A stretch of DNA of 64,000 nt, taken from contig NZ_JBAXOI010000017.1 of assembly GCF_037133355.1 (NCBI RefSeq), positions 22,012-86,011 on the forward strand. Direction: 5' to 3'. This document shows, one piece after another, positions 37,460 to 51,089 of this stretch. This DNA is from Novosphingobium sp. (GTDB taxonomy: Bacteria; Pseudomonadota; Alphaproteobacteria; Sphingomonadales; Sphingomonadaceae). Positions within the stretch are counted from its first letter, which is position 1; each line of letters opens with the position of its first letter. A program made the position numbers and the translations under genes. The notes below the pieces were generated by a model. It did no database searches, was not told where the DNA came from, and saw only the letters and a list, made by a program, of their open reading frames with translations.

Positions 37460-38037
37460 GCGGGCGAACAATCCGCCGCGCCGAGCGCGGCCGGCGCCGC
37501 GCTTCGCTTCGCCGCATCGCCGTCAGCACGCCGGGCGAACCACTCGCCGGGCCCGATCCAGTCGCCATCGCTGGACCACTTTCCCAGCCGGAGGGCGCTG
37601 CCGTCCTCGATCCGAAGCGGGTCCCTGCGCGGATCCCGTCCGATGCGCTCCTCACGTTCGCGCGGGAAAGCTATGCGATCCGCCGCCGGCGCGGGCGCTA
37701 CCTGCCTGCGGACTTGTTTGGCGAGCCCACCTGGGACATCCTGCTCGATCTCTACGTGGCAACGCGGGAAAACCGGCCGGTGCCAACCACCAGTGCCTGT
37801 ATCGGTGCGCATGTGCCGCCGACCACTGCGCTGCGCTGGCTGCGCATTCTTGAAGCGCGCGGTCTTGTCGAGCGCGAGGAGGACGGCCGCGACGGGCGGC
37901 GGACTTTCGTTCGGCTGACCGGCCGCGGGCTGACGGCGATGGAGGACTGGCTCCAGATGGCGATCGCTACGCTGGGCAATACCTTCGGTGCGATCCTGCA
38001 GCACGCGGCGCCGCCGATGGCCGAGGCCGCCGAATAG
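37456..38037 (+). CDS. Winged-helix (MarR-like) DNA-binding protein with an Arg-rich N-terminal region
   Basis: FGEPTWDILLDLYVATRENRPVPTTSACIGAHVPPTTALRWLRILEARGLVEREEDGRDGRRTFVRLTGRG. The ATG overlaps the previous stop (ATGA). The listed 403-aa ORF is a frame-extended artefact. Confidence 0.7.
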   Translation: MSGRTIRRAERGRRRASLRRIAVSTPGEPLAGPDPVAIAGPLSQPEGAAVLDPKRVPARIPSDALLTFARESYAIRRRRGRYLPADLFGEPTWDILLDLYVATRENRPVPTTSACIGAHVPPTTALRWLRILEARGLVEREEDGRDGRRTFVRLTGRGLTAMEDWLQMAIATLGNTFGAILQHAAPPMAEAAE

Positions 38038-38069
38038 TCCGGGCTCGAGGCCCGTCGGCGGCATGATGC

Positions 38070-38098
38070 TTGACCGGCGGGCCGATCCGGCATAAGGG
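38070..38098 (+). promoter_or_regulatory. Candidate promoter of the rpsL-rpsG-fusA-tuf unit (TTGACC-N17-TAAGGG)
   Basis: cTTGACCggcgggccgatccggcaTAAGGGcg. The same hexamer-N17-TAAGGG geometry recurs upstream of rplO at 59528-59556. Confidence 0.4.
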
Positions 38099-38378
38099 CG
38101 CCCCAACCGGAGCGGCCCAACCGCCCTTCGGCCCATTAGAGCTGAACATTGCCGGTGCGAGGCAAGGTGGGCCCGGAATGGCGGAAATGTCCGTCGTTCC
38201 AAGGGTCCCTCTTGTGTTTGGCCCAGTCTCCCGAATCGCGGGGTCAGGGCCGGGCAGTCCCGTCAGCCGTCAAAGTAACCCGGTGGCGTCTTGCCCCGGG
38301 TGGAGCGTTTTCAGCTCATGCAGCGCTGCGGTGCGGCCCTCTTCGCGGGCCCGCCCTTTGCTGGATGAGATGCAAAGC

Positions 38379-38417
38379 CTTCACCTTGGACCGGCCGCGC
38401 CCGCAAACAAGGTGAAG
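38379..38417 (+). promoter_or_regulatory. Leader hairpin whose 3' arm covers the rpsL Shine-Dalgarno region
   Basis: CTTCACCTT (38379-38387) pairs perfectly with AAGGTGAAG (38409-38417). The ATG is at 38426. Confidence 0.4.
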
Positions 38418-38425
38418 AGTCCTTC

Positions 38426-38797
38426 ATGCCGACAATCAACCAGCTGGTCCGCAAGGGCCGCGAACCGCAGAAGACCAAGTCCAAGGTCCCTGCGATGGAG
38501 CAGAACCCGCAGAAGCGCGGCGTTTGCACCCGCGTCTACACGACGACCCCGAAGAAGCCCAACTCGGCGCTGCGCAAGGTGGCCAAGATCCGCCTGACCA
38601 ACAGCCGCGAGGTCATCTCGTACATCCCGGGCGAAGGACACAACCTGCAGGAGCACTCGGTGGTGCTGATCCGTGGCGGCCGCGTTCGCGACCTTCCCGG
38701 CGTTCGCTACCATGTGCTGCGCGGCGTGCTCGATACCCAGGGTGTCAAGGACCGCAAGCAGTCGCGTTCGAAGTACGGCGCCAAGCGTCCGAAGTAA
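38426..38797 (+). CDS. rpsL: 30S ribosomal protein S12
   Basis: [24 protein letters not shown]...[19 protein letters not shown]. Confidence 0.98.
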   Translation: MPTINQLVRKGREPQKTKSKVPAMEQNPQKRGVCTRVYTTTPKKPNSALRKVAKIRLTNSREVISYIPGEGHNLQEHSVVLIRGGRVRDLPGVRYHVLRGVLDTQGVKDRKQSRSKYGAKRPK

Positions 38798-38866
38798 GTT
38801 TCATCTGGGATCGGAGCCGAACGGCTGGCCCTGAAGTGGCCGCCGCGCTCCGAAGGAGTACAAGCT

Positions 38867-39337
38867 ATGTCTCGTCGTCGTCGTCCCGAGAAGCGGGAGA
38901 TCCTGCCGGATCCGAAGTTCAACGATCAGATTCTCTCGAAGTTCATGAACAACCTCATGCTCGATGGGAAGAAGTCGGTCGCGGAAAGCATCGTCTATGG
39001 TGCCATGGAAACCATGCAGACCCGCGCCAAGTCGGATCCGATTCAGCTGTTCCATGATGCGCTCAACAACGTTAAGCCGCAGATTGAAGTCCGCAGCCGC
39101 CGTGTTGGTGGTGCGACTTATCAGGTCCCCGTCGAAGTGCGCCCCGAGCGCGCCCAGGCGCTTGCGATCCGCTGGCTGATCACTGCTGCGCGCAACCGCA
39201 GCGAGACCACGATGTCGGCGCGCCTTTCGGCCGAGCTGCTCGATGCCGCCAACAACCGCGGCAACGCGGTCAAGAAGCGGGAAGATACGCATCGCATGGC
39301 CGACGCCAACCGCGCCTTCAGCCACTATCGCTGGTAA
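38867..39337 (+). CDS. rpsG: 30S ribosomal protein S7
   Basis: [40 protein letters not shown]... Confidence 0.98.
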   Translation: MSRRRRPEKREILPDPKFNDQILSKFMNNLMLDGKKSVAESIVYGAMETMQTRAKSDPIQLFHDALNNVKPQIEVRSRRVGGATYQVPVEVRPERAQALAIRWLITAARNRSETTMSARLSAELLDAANNRGNAVKKREDTHRMADANRAFSHYRW

Positions 39338-39493
39338 TCCGGCGCCAATATCCAGCGCTGGCAATCCGGCACTGGTGAGGGGCGCTGCCCAAGGGGGCGG
39401 CTGGTCAAGCTGCCGTCTTGAAACGGTCACCTAAAGAACACTATGGGGCGGGCCGAAACCTTTCGGCCCCTCCCCGAACTCAAGGAACCTCCC

Positions 39494-41587
<2,094 letters not shown>

Positions 41588-41688
41588 TCGTTTCGATCCG
41601 GCTAGGGGCGGCGCCTGATTTTCTGGCGCGATACCGGATGGTGCCGTCCACCCAGCAATCAACATTCAGCGAAAAGAAGGTTTGAGCA

Positions 41689-42879
41689 ATGGCTAAGGCT
41701 AAGTTTGAGCGGACCAAGCCGCACTGCAACATTGGCACCATCGGTCACGTCGACCATGGCAAGACCACCCTGACCGCGGCGATCACCAAGGTCCTCGCCG
41801 AAACCGGCGGCGCGACGTTCACGGACTACGCGAACATCGACAAGGCTCCGGAAGAGCGCGAGCGCGGTATCACGATCTCGACCGCACACGTCGAATACGA
41901 GACCGCCAACCGCCACTACGCGCACGTCGACTGCCCGGGCCACGCCGACTACGTGAAGAACATGATCACCGGTGCCGCCCAGATGGACGGCGCGATCCTG
42001 GTCGTGAACTCGGCTGACGGCCCGATGCCGCAGACCCGCGAGCACATCCTGCTTGCGCGTCAGGTCGGCGTTCCCGCTCTGGTCGTGTACATGAACAAGG
42101 TCGACCAGGTTGACGACGAGGAAATCCTCGAGCTCGTCGAACTGGAAATGCGCGAGCTTCTGAGCTCGTACGGCTTCGAAGGCGACGATATTCCGTTCGT
42201 CAAGGGTTCGGCTCTCGCCGCGCTCGAAGGCCGCGACGACGCCATCGGCCGCGATTCGATCAACGCTCTTATGGCTGCCGTTGACTCGTGGATCCCGCAG
42301 CCCCCGCGTCCGACCGACAAGCCGTTCCTGATGCCGGTGGAAGACGTGTTCTCGATCTCGGGCCGTGGTACCGTCGTGACCGGCCGCGTCGAGACCGGCA
42401 TCGTCAAGGTGGGCGAGGAAGTCGAGATCGTCGGCCTCAAGAACACCCAGAAGACCGTCGTCACCGGCGTCGAAATGTTCCGCAAGCTGCTCGATCAGGG
42501 CGAAGCCGGCGACAACATCGGCGCGCTGGTTCGCGGTGTGAAGCGTGAAGACGTCGAGCGCGGCCAGGTGCTGTGCAAGCCCGGTTCGGTCACGCCGCAC
42601 ACCGAGTTCACGGCCGAGGTCTACGTGCTGTCGAAGGACGAAGGTGGCCGTCACACGCCGTTCTTCGCCAACTACCGTCCGCAGTTCTACTTCCGCACCA
42701 CTGACGTGACCGGCGAAGTGATCCTCCCCGAGGGCACCGAGATGGTCATGCCTGGCGACAACCTGACCCTGTCGGTCAAGCTGATCGCTCCGATCGCGAT
42801 GGATCCGGGTCTGCGCTTCGCAATTCGCGAAGGTGGCCGTACCGTCGGTTCGGGGGTTGTCAGCACGATCACGAAGTAA
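41689..42879 (+). CDS. tuf: Elongation factor Tu
   Basis: [34 protein letters not shown]... Confidence 0.98.
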   Translation: MAKAKFERTKPHCNIGTIGHVDHGKTTLTAAITKVLAETGGATFTDYANIDKAPEERERGITISTAHVEYETANRHYAHVDCPGHADYVKNMITGAAQMDGAILVVNSADGPMPQTREHILLARQVGVPALVVYMNKVDQVDDEEILELVELEMRELLSSYGFEGDDIPFVKGSALAALEGRDDAIGRDSINALMAAVDSWIPQPPRPTDKPFLMPVEDVFSISGRGTVVTGRVETGIVKVGEEVEIVGLKNTQKTVVTGVEMFRKLLDQGEAGDNIGALVRGVKREDVERGQVLCKPGSVTPHTEFTAEVYVLSKDEGGRHTPFFANYRPQFYFRTTDVTGEVILPEGTEMVMPGDNLTLSVKLIAPIAMDPGLRFAIREGGRTVGSGVVSTITK

Positions 42880-42892
42880 TATAGGCCGCGCT

Positions 42893-42940
42893 CCGACGGG
42901 GGATACCAGATTCGTCCTGGTCCCCGTCGGCCGGTTTTTT
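42893..42940 (+). terminator. Intrinsic terminator after tuf
   Basis: CCGACGGGG...CCCCGTCGG long hairpin followed by CCGGTTTTTTGG. Confidence 0.75.
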
Positions 42941-43042
42941 GGATCAGCGGCCCGCTTTCTCCTCGCTTCACCAGCTGGGGCAGGGTGAGAGGGCGGAGCG
43001 GCTGGTCTTTTTGGTTTAGCTCTTTCGCATCGGTAAACGGAC

Positions 43043-43354
<312 letters not shown>

Positions 43355-43624
43355 GCGAGCTTATCCTGCCCCCGCGAAAGCGGGGGTCGCGTAGAAAGTT
43401 CTGCTTCTGCTTCGGCAGGGGCACCAGAGTTTAAGAGGCCATACGCCTCTCGGACAATGGGATACCTCCGGCGCCGCCTTTCACGAGGCACTTAGCCGGG
43501 CAAGCGTCCCCCGTTCGCTCCTGCTCATGCAGGGGCACTCAGCCCGGACGGGGCGCGTTTCACATACGGGCTGAACACGCCTCGCGGGGATGGTCCTCGC
43601 AAGGCCTCTGTAAGGAGTATGGTC

Positions 43625-44386
43625 ATGCGCACCGGCGTGATCGTTAAAAAGCTCGGGATGACCCGAGTGTTCCAGGACGACGGACGGCACGTGCCGGTAA
43701 CCGTTCTGGCGCTTGAAAATTGCCAGGTGGTTTCGGTCCGCACCGAGGAACGCGACGGCTACGTTGCGGTCCAGCTCGGCGCCGGTCAGGCCAAGCAGAA
43801 GAATGTCGCCAAGCCGCAGCGCGAGCACTTCGCCAAGGCTGAAGTCGAACTCAAGATGGAAGTCGCCGAGTTCCGCGTCGCTGAAGACGCGCTGCTCGAA
43901 GTCGGCTCGACCATCGCAGCCTCGCACTTCGTGCCCGGCCAGTATGTCGACATCACCGGTCACACGCAGGGCAAGGGCTTTGCCGGCGCGATGAAGCGCT
44001 GGGGCTTCGGCGGTATGCGCGCCACCCACGGTGTGTCGATCTCGCACCGTGCGCACGGTTCGACGGGTAACCGCCAGGATCCGGGCCGCGTGTTCAAGAA
44101 CAAGAAGATGGCCGGCCACATGGGCGACCGTCAGCGCACCCAGCAGAACCTCGAAGTTGTCCGCACGGATGACGAGCGCGGCCTGATATTCGTCAAGGGC
44201 TCCGTCCCTGGTTCGAAGAACGGCTGGTTGCTCGTGCGCGATGCGGTCAAGATCGACCGTCACGCCGAGGCTCCCTATCCCGCTGGCCTGAAACAGGCCG
44301 CCAACATGAATGACACGGCTGCGGCCGACACCCCGGCGGAAGACGTCGCGGCTGTCGAGACCACGACCGATGGTCAGGAGGGCTAA
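43625..44386 (+). CDS. rplC: 50S ribosomal protein L3
   Basis: [34 protein letters not shown] lies 7 nt before ATG 43625; the listed ATG at 43619 is only 1 nt from the SD. Confidence 0.96.
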   Translation: MRTGVIVKKLGMTRVFQDDGRHVPVTVLALENCQVVSVRTEERDGYVAVQLGAGQAKQKNVAKPQREHFAKAEVELKMEVAEFRVAEDALLEVGSTIAASHFVPGQYVDITGHTQGKGFAGAMKRWGFGGMRATHGVSISHRAHGSTGNRQDPGRVFKNKKMAGHMGDRQRTQQNLEVVRTDDERGLIFVKGSVPGSKNGWLLVRDAVKIDRHAEAPYPAGLKQAANMNDTAAADTPAEDVAAVETTTDGQEG

Positions 44387-44389
44387 GTC

Positions 44390-45010
44390 GTGAAGGTTCA
44401 GGTCCTCAATCTCGATGGCACCGCAGCTGGCGAAGCCGAGCTGTCGGATGCCGTGTTCGGGCTCGCCCCGCGTGCTGACATCCTCCACCGCATCGTCACC
44501 TGGCAGCTCGAAAAGCGTCGTGGTACCGCCCGCGGAGCGCGTGAGCGTTCGGATGTGGCGCGCACCGGCAAGAAGCTTGGCAACCAGAAGGGTGGCGGCG
44601 GAGCCCGTCACGGCGATCGTGCAGCTCCGATCTTCATCGGCGGCGGCAAGGCTCACGGTCCGCGTGTCCGTGATTTCAACCCCTCGCTCAACAAGAAGAT
44701 CCGCGCGCTGGGTCTGAAGATGGCGCTCTCGTCGAAGGCCCAGGCCGGGCTCGTCGTTGTCGACACGCTCGACACCGACGGCAAGACCGCAACCCTCGCG
44801 GCGACGCTGGCCAAGGCCGGCTTCGGCAAGAAGGTCCTCGTGATCGACGGCGAAGCGGTGAACGACAACTTCGCTCGTGCCGCGCGCAACATCATCGGGG
44901 TCAACGTGCTCCCGGCGATCGGCGCGAACGTCTACGACATCCTGAAGCATGATACGCTGGTGCTGACGCGCTCCGCGATCGAAAAGCTGGAGGCGCGTTT
45001 CAATGGCTAA
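44390..45010 (+). CDS. rplD: 50S ribosomal protein L4
   Basis: GTG start; [24 protein letters not shown]...[15 protein letters not shown]. Confidence 0.97.
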   Translation: MKVQVLNLDGTAAGEAELSDAVFGLAPRADILHRIVTWQLEKRRGTARGARERSDVARTGKKLGNQKGGGGARHGDRAAPIFIGGGKAHGPRVRDFNPSLNKKIRALGLKMALSSKAQAGLVVVDTLDTDGKTATLAATLAKAGFGKKVLVIDGEAVNDNFARAARNIIGVNVLPAIGANVYDILKHDTLVLTRSAIEKLEARFNG

Positions 45011-45308
45011 GGAAGGCATCGACACGCGGCACTACGACGTGATCGTGGCTCCCCACATCACCGAAAAGGCGACGCTGCTCAGCGAGCACAACGCCGTTGT
45101 GTTCAAGGTTGCCGACAAGGCCACCAAGCCGCAGATCAAGGCGGCTGTGGAAGCCCTGTTCGGCGTCAAGGTGACCAAGGTGAACACCTTGAACCAGGAC
45201 GGCAAGACCAAGCGCTGGAAGGGCAAGCCCTACAAGCGTTCCGACTTCAAGAAGGCTGTCGTCACGCTGGCTGCTGGCCAGTCGATCGACGTCACTAGCG
45301 GGATCTGA
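45003..45308 (+). CDS. rplW: 50S ribosomal protein L23
   Basis: [48 protein letters not shown]. Confidence 0.97.
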   Translation: MAKEGIDTRHYDVIVAPHITEKATLLSEHNAVVFKVADKATKPQIKAAVEALFGVKVTKVNTLNQDGKTKRWKGKPYKRSDFKKAVVTLAAGQSIDVTSGI

Positions 45309-45318
45309 GGGCAGAACG

Positions 45319-46155
45319 ATGGCACTCAAGAATTACAACCCGACCAGCCCCGCACGGCGCGGCCTGATCCTCGTCGACAAGTCGTCGCTGTGGAAGGGCA
45401 AGCCGCTCAAGGCGCTGACCGAGGGCAAGAGCAAGACCGGTGGCCGCAACAACAAGGGCCATGTGACCAGCCGCGGTATCGCGGGCGGCCACAAGCAGAG
45501 CTACCGGTTCATCGACTTCAAGCGCCGCAAGTGGGACATGCCCGCGACCGTCGAGCGCCTGGAATATGATCCCAACCGCACCGCGTTCATCGCACTCGTC
45601 AAGTACGAGGACGGTGAGCAGACCTACATCCTCGCGCCGCAGCGTCTTGCGGTCGGTGATCTGGTTGTCGCTGGTGAGAAGACCGACGTGAAGCCGGGCA
45701 ACGCGATGCTGCTCAGCCAGATGCCGGTCGGCACGATCATCCACAACGTGGAGATGAAGCCGGGCAAGGGTGGCCAGATTGCCCGCTCGGCCGGGACGTA
45801 CGTCCAGCTCGTTGGCCGTGACCGCGGCATGGTCATCGTCCGCCTCAACTCGGGCGAGCAGCGCTACCTGCGTGGCGATTGCATGGGCACGGTTGGCGCG
45901 GTCTCGAACCCCGACAACTCGAACCAGAACCTTGCCAAGGCCGGTCGCGGTCGCTGGCTCGGCCGTCGTCCGCTTACACGCGGTGTTGCAAAGAACCCGG
46001 TCGATCACCCGCACGGTGGTGGTGAAGGCCGCACCTCGGGTGGCCGTCATCCGGTCACGCCGTGGGGCAAGCCGACCAAGGGCGCCCGCACCCGTCACAA
46101 CAAGCAGACGGACAAGATGATCATCCGTTCGCGTCACGCGAAGAAGAAGAGGTAA
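45319..46155 (+). CDS. rplB: 50S ribosomal protein L2
   Basis: [27 protein letters not shown]...[21 protein letters not shown]. Confidence 0.98.
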   Translation: MALKNYNPTSPARRGLILVDKSSLWKGKPLKALTEGKSKTGGRNNKGHVTSRGIAGGHKQSYRFIDFKRRKWDMPATVERLEYDPNRTAFIALVKYEDGEQTYILAPQRLAVGDLVVAGEKTDVKPGNAMLLSQMPVGTIIHNVEMKPGKGGQIARSAGTYVQLVGRDRGMVIVRLNSGEQRYLRGDCMGTVGAVSNPDNSNQNLAKAGRGRWLGRRPLTRGVAKNPVDHPHGGGEGRTSGGRHPVTPWGKPTKGARTRHNKQTDKMIIRSRHAKKKR

Positions 46156-46161
46156 CACCCC

Positions 46162-46440
46162 ATGGCACGTTCCGTCTGGAAGGGACCCTTCGTCGACCTG
46201 CACCTCCTGAAGAAGGCCGAAGTGGCCCAGGACGTCGGTTCGCGTGCAGGTCCGATCAAGACCTGGTCGCGGCGTTCGACCATTCTGCCGCAGTTCGTTG
46301 GCCTGACGTTCAGCGTCTACAACGGGCACAAGTTCATCCCCGTCTCCGTCAACGAGGAGATGGTCGGCCACAAACTCGGCGAGTTTGCGCCCACGCGCAC
46401 TTTCCCGGGCCACGCCGCTGACAAGAAGGGCAAGCGCTGA
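46162..46440 (+). CDS. rpsS: 30S ribosomal protein S19
   Basis: [18 protein letters not shown]...[28 protein letters not shown]. Confidence 0.98.
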   Translation: MARSVWKGPFVDLHLLKKAEVAQDVGSRAGPIKTWSRRSTILPQFVGLTFSVYNGHKFIPVSVNEEMVGHKLGEFAPTRTFPGHAADKKGKR

Positions 46441-46829
46441 TGGGCAAGCCTAAATCCCCTCGCCGCGTTGCTGACAACGAGGCACTCTCGGTGGGTACGC
46501 AGATCCGCGGCTCGGCCCAGAAGTTGAACCTCGTTGCCAGCCTCATTCGCGGCAAGCGCGCCGAAGACGCCATGAACATCCTCTCCTTCTCGAAGAAGGC
46601 GATGGCGGTTGATGCGCGCAAGGTGCTCGCCTCGGCGATCGCCAATGCCGAGAACAACCACAACCTCGATGTCGACGCGCTCGTCGTCGCCGAGGCTTCG
46701 GTCGGCAAGTCGATCACGATGAAGCGCTTCCACACCCGTGGTCGCGGCAAGTCCACCCGCATTCTCAAGCCCATCTCGCGTCTGCGGATCGTGGTGCGTG
46801 AGGCTGCGGCCACTGGTGAGGAGGCCTGA
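46440..46829 (+). CDS. rplV: 50S ribosomal protein L22
   Basis: [35 protein letters not shown]...[26 protein letters not shown]. Confidence 0.97.
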   Translation: MGKPKSPRRVADNEALSVGTQIRGSAQKLNLVASLIRGKRAEDAMNILSFSKKAMAVDARKVLASAIANAENNHNLDVDALVVAEASVGKSITMKRFHTRGRGKSTRILKPISRLRIVVREAAATGEEA

Positions 46830-46831
46830 TC

Positions 46832-47527
46832 ATGGGTCACAAGTCGAACCCCATCGGTCTGCGCCTGCAGATCAACCGCACCTGGGACAGCCGCTGGTAT
46901 GCGGAAGGCCGCAACTACCAGACGCTGCTTCGTGAAGACCTTGCCATGCGCAAGTTCATCATGGAGCACCTGCCGCAGGCCGCCATCTCGAAGGTGGTGA
47001 TCGAGCGTCCCGCCAAGCTGTGCCGCGTCTCGATCTATGCCGCCCGCCCGGGTGTCATCATCGGCAAGAAGGGTGCGGACATTGAAAAGCTGCGCAGCCA
47101 GCTTGCCAAGATGACCGCGAGCGACGTGAAGCTCAACATCGTCGAGATCCGCAAGCCGGAAATCGATTCCAAGCTCGTTGCGCAGGGCATTGCCGACCAG
47201 CTGGTTCGCCGCGTGGCTTTCCGCCGGGCGATGAAGCGCGCGGTACAGTCGGCGCTCCGTCTCGGTGCCGAAGGCATCAAGATCACTTGCGGCGGCCGTC
47301 TCGGCGGTGCGGAAATCGCCCGTGTCGAGTGGTACCGCGAGGGCCGCGTGCCGCTCCACACGCTGCGCGCGAACATCGATTATGCCGAAGCCGTCGCGCA
47401 CACCGCCTATGGCGTGATCGGCATCAAGACCTGGATCTTCAAGGGTGAAATCCTTGGTCACGATCCCATGGCGCAGGACCGGCTGATGATGGAGGCTCAA
47501 ACCTCCGGCGTCCGTCCGGCTCGCTAA
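46832..47527 (+). CDS. rpsC: 30S ribosomal protein S3
   Basis: [26 protein letters not shown]... Confidence 0.98.
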   Translation: MGHKSNPIGLRLQINRTWDSRWYAEGRNYQTLLREDLAMRKFIMEHLPQAAISKVVIERPAKLCRVSIYAARPGVIIGKKGADIEKLRSQLAKMTASDVKLNIVEIRKPEIDSKLVAQGIADQLVRRVAFRRAMKRAVQSALRLGAEGIKITCGGRLGGAEIARVEWYREGRVPLHTLRANIDYAEAVAHTAYGVIGIKTWIFKGEILGHDPMAQDRLMMEAQTSGVRPAR

Positions 47528-47542
47528 GGTAGAGTAAGCACC

Positions 47543-47977
47543 ATGTTGCAACCGAAAAAGACCAAGTTCCGCAAGGCCTTCAAGGGTCGGATCAAGGGCG
47601 ACGCCAAGGGCGGCACGGACCTGAACTTCGGTTCGTACGGCCTCAAGGCTCTCGAGCCGGAGCGCGTTACCGCTCGCCAGATCGAGGCCGCCCGCCGTGC
47701 GATCACGCGCCACATCAAGCGCCAGGGGCGTCTGTGGATCCGCGTGTTCCCCGATGTGCCGGTGTCGAAGAAGCCTGCCGAAGTCCGTCAGGGCAAGGGC
47801 AAGGGTTCGATCGAATACTGGGCAGCCCGCGTGAAGCCGGGTCGCATCCTGTTCGAGCTCGACGGCGTTGCCGGTCCGCTCGCGGCCGAAGCGTTCAGCC
47901 GCGCGGCGATGAAGCTGCCGATCAAGACCAAGGTCGTTGCCCGCCTCGGCGACACCTCGCATCTCGGAGGCGAATGA
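47543..47977 (+). CDS. rplP: 50S ribosomal protein L16
   Basis: [19 protein letters not shown]...[21 protein letters not shown]. Confidence 0.98.
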   Translation: MLQPKKTKFRKAFKGRIKGDAKGGTDLNFGSYGLKALEPERVTARQIEAARRAITRHIKRQGRLWIRVFPDVPVSKKPAEVRQGKGKGSIEYWAARVKPGRILFELDGVAGPLAAEAFSRAAMKLPIKTKVVARLGDTSHLGGE

Positions 47978-48180
47978 TGGCCAAGTTCGAAGACATCCGC
48001 GTCAAGTCTGACGATCAGCTTCTGGCGGATCTCGCCGAGCTGAAGCGTGAGCAGTTCAACCTGCGCTTCCAGGCGGCCACCAACCAGCTCGAGCGTCCGG
48101 CGCGGATCCGCGAAGTGCGCCGCGATATCGCCCGTATCAAGACGCTGCAGACCGAGCGCAGCTCGGCCGCCAAGGCGTAA
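47974..48180 (+). CDS. rpmC: 50S ribosomal protein L29
   Basis: [57 protein letters not shown]. The ATG overlaps the rplP stop. The listed ORF from 47734 is a frame extension. Confidence 0.95.
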   Translation: MMAKFEDIRVKSDDQLLADLAELKREQFNLRFQAATNQLERPARIREVRRDIARIKTLQTERSSAAKA

Positions 48181-48190
48181 GGAACCAACT

Positions 48191-48460
48191 ATGCCCAAGC
48201 GTATCCTGATCGGGACGATCGTCTCCGACAAGACCGACAAGACCGTCGTGGTGAAGGTCGAGCGCAAGGTGAAGCACCCGCTCTACGGGAAGATCATCCG
48301 CCGTTCGAAGAAGTACCACGCCCACGACGAGAGCAACTCGTTCAAGGCCGGCGAGACTGTGCGCATCGAAGAGACCGCGCCGATTTCCAAGCTGAAGACG
48401 TGGAAGGTTATCGACCGCGTGCAGGCCGGCAAGGCCGCTGCGATCGAAGCCGACGTCTAA
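48191..48460 (+). CDS. rpsQ: 30S ribosomal protein S17
   Basis: [47 protein letters not shown]. Confidence 0.97.
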   Translation: MPKRILIGTIVSDKTDKTVVVKVERKVKHPLYGKIIRRSKKYHAHDESNSFKAGETVRIEETAPISKLKTWKVIDRVQAGKAAAIEADV

Positions 48461-48523
48461 GACGCCATCAATTTTGGAACTGCCGGACTGGTTCCGGCAA
48501 GCCAGTGAGAAGGAACCGGATCA

Positions 48524-48892
48524 ATGATCCAGATGCAGTCCAATCTCGAAGTCGCTGACAACAGCGGCGCGAAGCGCGTCCAGTGCATCAAGGTGCTGGG
48601 CGGGTCGAAGCGCCGTTTTGCCGGCGTCGGCGACGTGATCGTCGTGTCGATCAAGGAAGCGCAGCCCCGTGCTCGCGTCAAGAAGGGCGACGTGCACCGT
48701 GCGGTGATCGTTCGCACCCGCAAGGACGTGCGCCGCGCCGATGGCAGCGTGATCCGCTTCGACACCAATGCCGCTGTGCTCGTCGGCAAGAACGAAGAGC
48801 CGATCGGCACGCGTATCTTTGGCCCCGTGGTTCGCGAATTGCGTGCACGCGGCTTCATGAAGATCATCAGCCTTGCGCCGGAGGTGCTGTGA
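48524..48892 (+). CDS. rplN: 50S ribosomal protein L14
   Basis: [46 protein letters not shown]. Confidence 0.98.
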   Translation: MIQMQSNLEVADNSGAKRVQCIKVLGGSKRRFAGVGDVIVVSIKEAQPRARVKKGDVHRAVIVRTRKDVRRADGSVIRFDTNAAVLVGKNEEPIGTRIFGPVVRELRARGFMKIISLAPEVL

Positions 48893-49209
48893 TGGGTGCC
48901 GCTAAGATCAAGAAGGGCGACTCAGTCGTCGTCCGCTCGGGCAAGGACAAGGGCCGCACCGGCACGGTGCTGCAGGTCATGCCCAAGGACGACAAGGTTG
49001 TGGTCGCCGGCGTGAATATCGCTGCGCGCCACCGCAAGCCCACCCAGGAGAACCCGCAGGGCGGTATCGACCGCCGTGAGGCTCCGCTGCACATCTCGAA
49101 GGTGGGCATTGCCGGCGCTGACGGCAAGCCGACCCGCGTGCGCTTCGAAACGAAGGACGGCAAGAAGGTCCGTGTGGCCGTCAAGTCCGGGGAGACGATC
49201 GATGGCTGA
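48892..49209 (+). CDS. rplX: 50S ribosomal protein L24
   Basis: [42 protein letters not shown]. The ATG overlaps the rplN stop. Confidence 0.96.
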   Translation: MGAAKIKKGDSVVVRSGKDKGRTGTVLQVMPKDDKVVVAGVNIAARHRKPTQENPQGGIDRREAPLHISKVGIAGADGKPTRVRFETKDGKKVRVAVKSGETIDG

Positions 49210-49783
49210 TAAATACGTGCCCCGCATGAAGGCGAAGTACGAGGCCGAGGTCGCTGCCGCGATGCAGGCCAAGTTCGGCTACGCCAACCACATGGAGATC
49301 CCCCGGATCGACAAGATCACGCTCAACATGGGCGTGGGCGAGGCGAGCCAGGACAAGAAGAAGGTCACCACTGCGGCTGCCGAGATGGAACTCATCGCGG
49401 GCCAGAAGCCGGTGATCACCAAGGCGAAGAAGTCGATCGCGCAGTTCAAGCTGCGTGAGGGCATGCCGATCGGTTGCAAGGTTACCCTGCGCCGCGAGCG
49501 GATGTACGAATTCCTCGACCGTCTCATCACTATCGCGATGCCCCGCATCCGCGACTTCCGGGGCCTCAACCCCAAGTCGTTCGACGGGCGCGGCAACTAC
49601 GCGATGGGTCTGAAAGAGCAGATCATCTTCCCGGAGATCAGCTACGACCAGATCGAGAAGGTGCGCGGGCTCGACATCATCGTCACCACCACCGCCAAGA
49701 CCGACGACGAAGCGCGCGAGCTGCTCCGCCTCTTCGGTTTCCCGTTCCCGCGCGAAGCTGCTGAAGAGCAGCAGGCCGCCTGA
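49202..49783 (+). CDS. rplE: 50S ribosomal protein L5
   Basis: [48 protein letters not shown]. Confidence 0.97.
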   Translation: MADKYVPRMKAKYEAEVAAAMQAKFGYANHMEIPRIDKITLNMGVGEASQDKKKVTTAAAEMELIAGQKPVITKAKKSIAQFKLREGMPIGCKVTLRRERMYEFLDRLITIAMPRIRDFRGLNPKSFDGRGNYAMGLKEQIIFPEISYDQIEKVRGLDIIVTTTAKTDDEARELLRLFGFPFPREAAEEQQAA

Positions 49784-49843
49784 GGATGTCCCGGCTCGAG
49801 CCCGAACGGCTCGCCAAGGTTTTGAAGAAGAGAGCTTAAGTCC

Positions 49844-50149
49844 ATGGCGAAACTGAGTTCCATCAACAAGAATGAGCGCCGCAAGAAGCTCGTTCAAAAG
49901 TATGCGGCCAAGTATGCCGCGCTCAAGGCCGTTGCGGCCGATGAGAAGCTCGACGAAACCGAGCGCCTTATCGCCCGCCTCAAGATGGCCGAGCTGCCGC
50001 GCAATGCGAACCCGACCCGGGTGCGCAACCGCTGCAACACCACCGGTCGTCCGCGCGGCTACTACCGCAAGTTCGGCCTCTGCCGCATCGAGCTGCGCGA
50101 TCTCGCCAACAAGGGGATGATCCCCGGCGTGACCAAGTCGAGCTGGTAA
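49844..50149 (+). CDS. rpsN: 30S ribosomal protein S14 (long, 101-aa form)
   Basis: [28 protein letters not shown]...[25 protein letters not shown]. Confidence 0.97.
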   Translation: MAKLSSINKNERRKKLVQKYAAKYAALKAVAADEKLDETERLIARLKMAELPRNANPTRVRNRCNTTGRPRGYYRKFGLCRIELRDLANKGMIPGVTKSSW

Positions 50150-50160
50150 GGATCCGATAG

Positions 50161-50556
50161 ATGGCATTGACCGATCCCCTGGGTGATATGCTCACCCGCA
50201 TCCGCAACGGCCAGCAGGCGAAGAAGGACTCTGTCGTTTCGCCCGCGTCCAAGCTGCGGCTCCACGTGCTCGAGGTTCTCCAGCGCGAGGGCTACATTCG
50301 CGGTTTCAGCGAGGACGCCACCGGCGCCCATCCGCAGCTGCGCATCGAGCTGAAGTATTTCGAGGGCCAGCCGGCGATCAAGCACGTGGCCCGCGTCTCG
50401 AAGCCGGGCCGCCGCGTCTACTCGGGTTCCAAGGAACTCCCGGTGGTGCGCAACGGCCTTGGCATCACCATCGTCTCGACGCCGAAGGGCGTGCTCTCGG
50501 ATGCCGAGGCACGCGCCGCGAACGTCGGTGGCGAAGTGCTGGCGGAGGTGTTCTGA
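50161..50556 (+). CDS. rpsH: 30S ribosomal protein S8
   Basis: [25 protein letters not shown]... Confidence 0.98.
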   Translation: MALTDPLGDMLTRIRNGQQAKKDSVVSPASKLRLHVLEVLQREGYIRGFSEDATGAHPQLRIELKYFEGQPAIKHVARVSKPGRRVYSGSKELPVVRNGLGITIVSTPKGVLSDAEARAANVGGEVLAEVF

Positions 50557-51089
50557 TGAGCCGCATCGGCAAAAAGCCGGTGACGATCCCGAGCGGCGTC
50601 ACCGCGGATATCGCGAACGGCGTGATCACCGTGAAGGGCCCCAAGGGCACCCTCACGCTGAGCATGCGCGAAGAGATCAGCTACACGGTCGATGGCGACG
50701 CCATCATCGTGAAGCCGGCAAACGACACCAAGGCCGCACGGGCGTTCTGGGGCATGCAGCGCACGCTCGTGGACAACCTCGTGACCGGCGTGACCGAGGG
50801 CTACACCAAGACCCTCAACATCACCGGCGTCGGTTACCGCGCGGCGGCTCAGGGCACTAACCTGAAGCTGCAGCTTGGCTACAGCCACGATGTCGATTTC
50901 GCGATCCCCGAGGGTATCGAGATCAAGACCCCCGACAACACCACGGTGCTGATTTCGGGTATCGACAAGCAGAAGGTCGGCCAGGTGGCCGCCGAGATCC
51001 GTCGCTGGCGCAAGCCCGAGCCCTACAAGGGCAAGGGTATCAAGTACGCCGGCGAGTTCATCTTCCGCAAGGAAGGGAAGAAGAAGTAA
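50556..51089 (+). CDS. rplF: 50S ribosomal protein L6
   Basis: [33 protein letters not shown]... Confidence 0.98.
   Translation: MSRIGKKPVTIPSGVTADIANGVITVKGPKGTLTLSMREEISYTVDGDAIIVKPANDTKAARAFWGMQRTLVDNLVTGVTEGYTKTLNITGVGYRAAAQGTNLKLQLGYSHDVDFAIPEGIEIKTPDNTTVLISGIDKQKVGQVAAEIRRWRKPEPYKGKGIKYAGEFIFRKEGKKK

Noticed and set aside
39338-39493. Long GC hairpin (GGGGCGGGCCGAAACCTTTCGGCCCCTCCCC) between rpsG and fusA as a terminator or repeat element.
   Set aside because: No U-tract follows, and no second copy was seen in the window. It is probably an mRNA-stabilising or processing stem, and there is not enough evidence to call it a feature.
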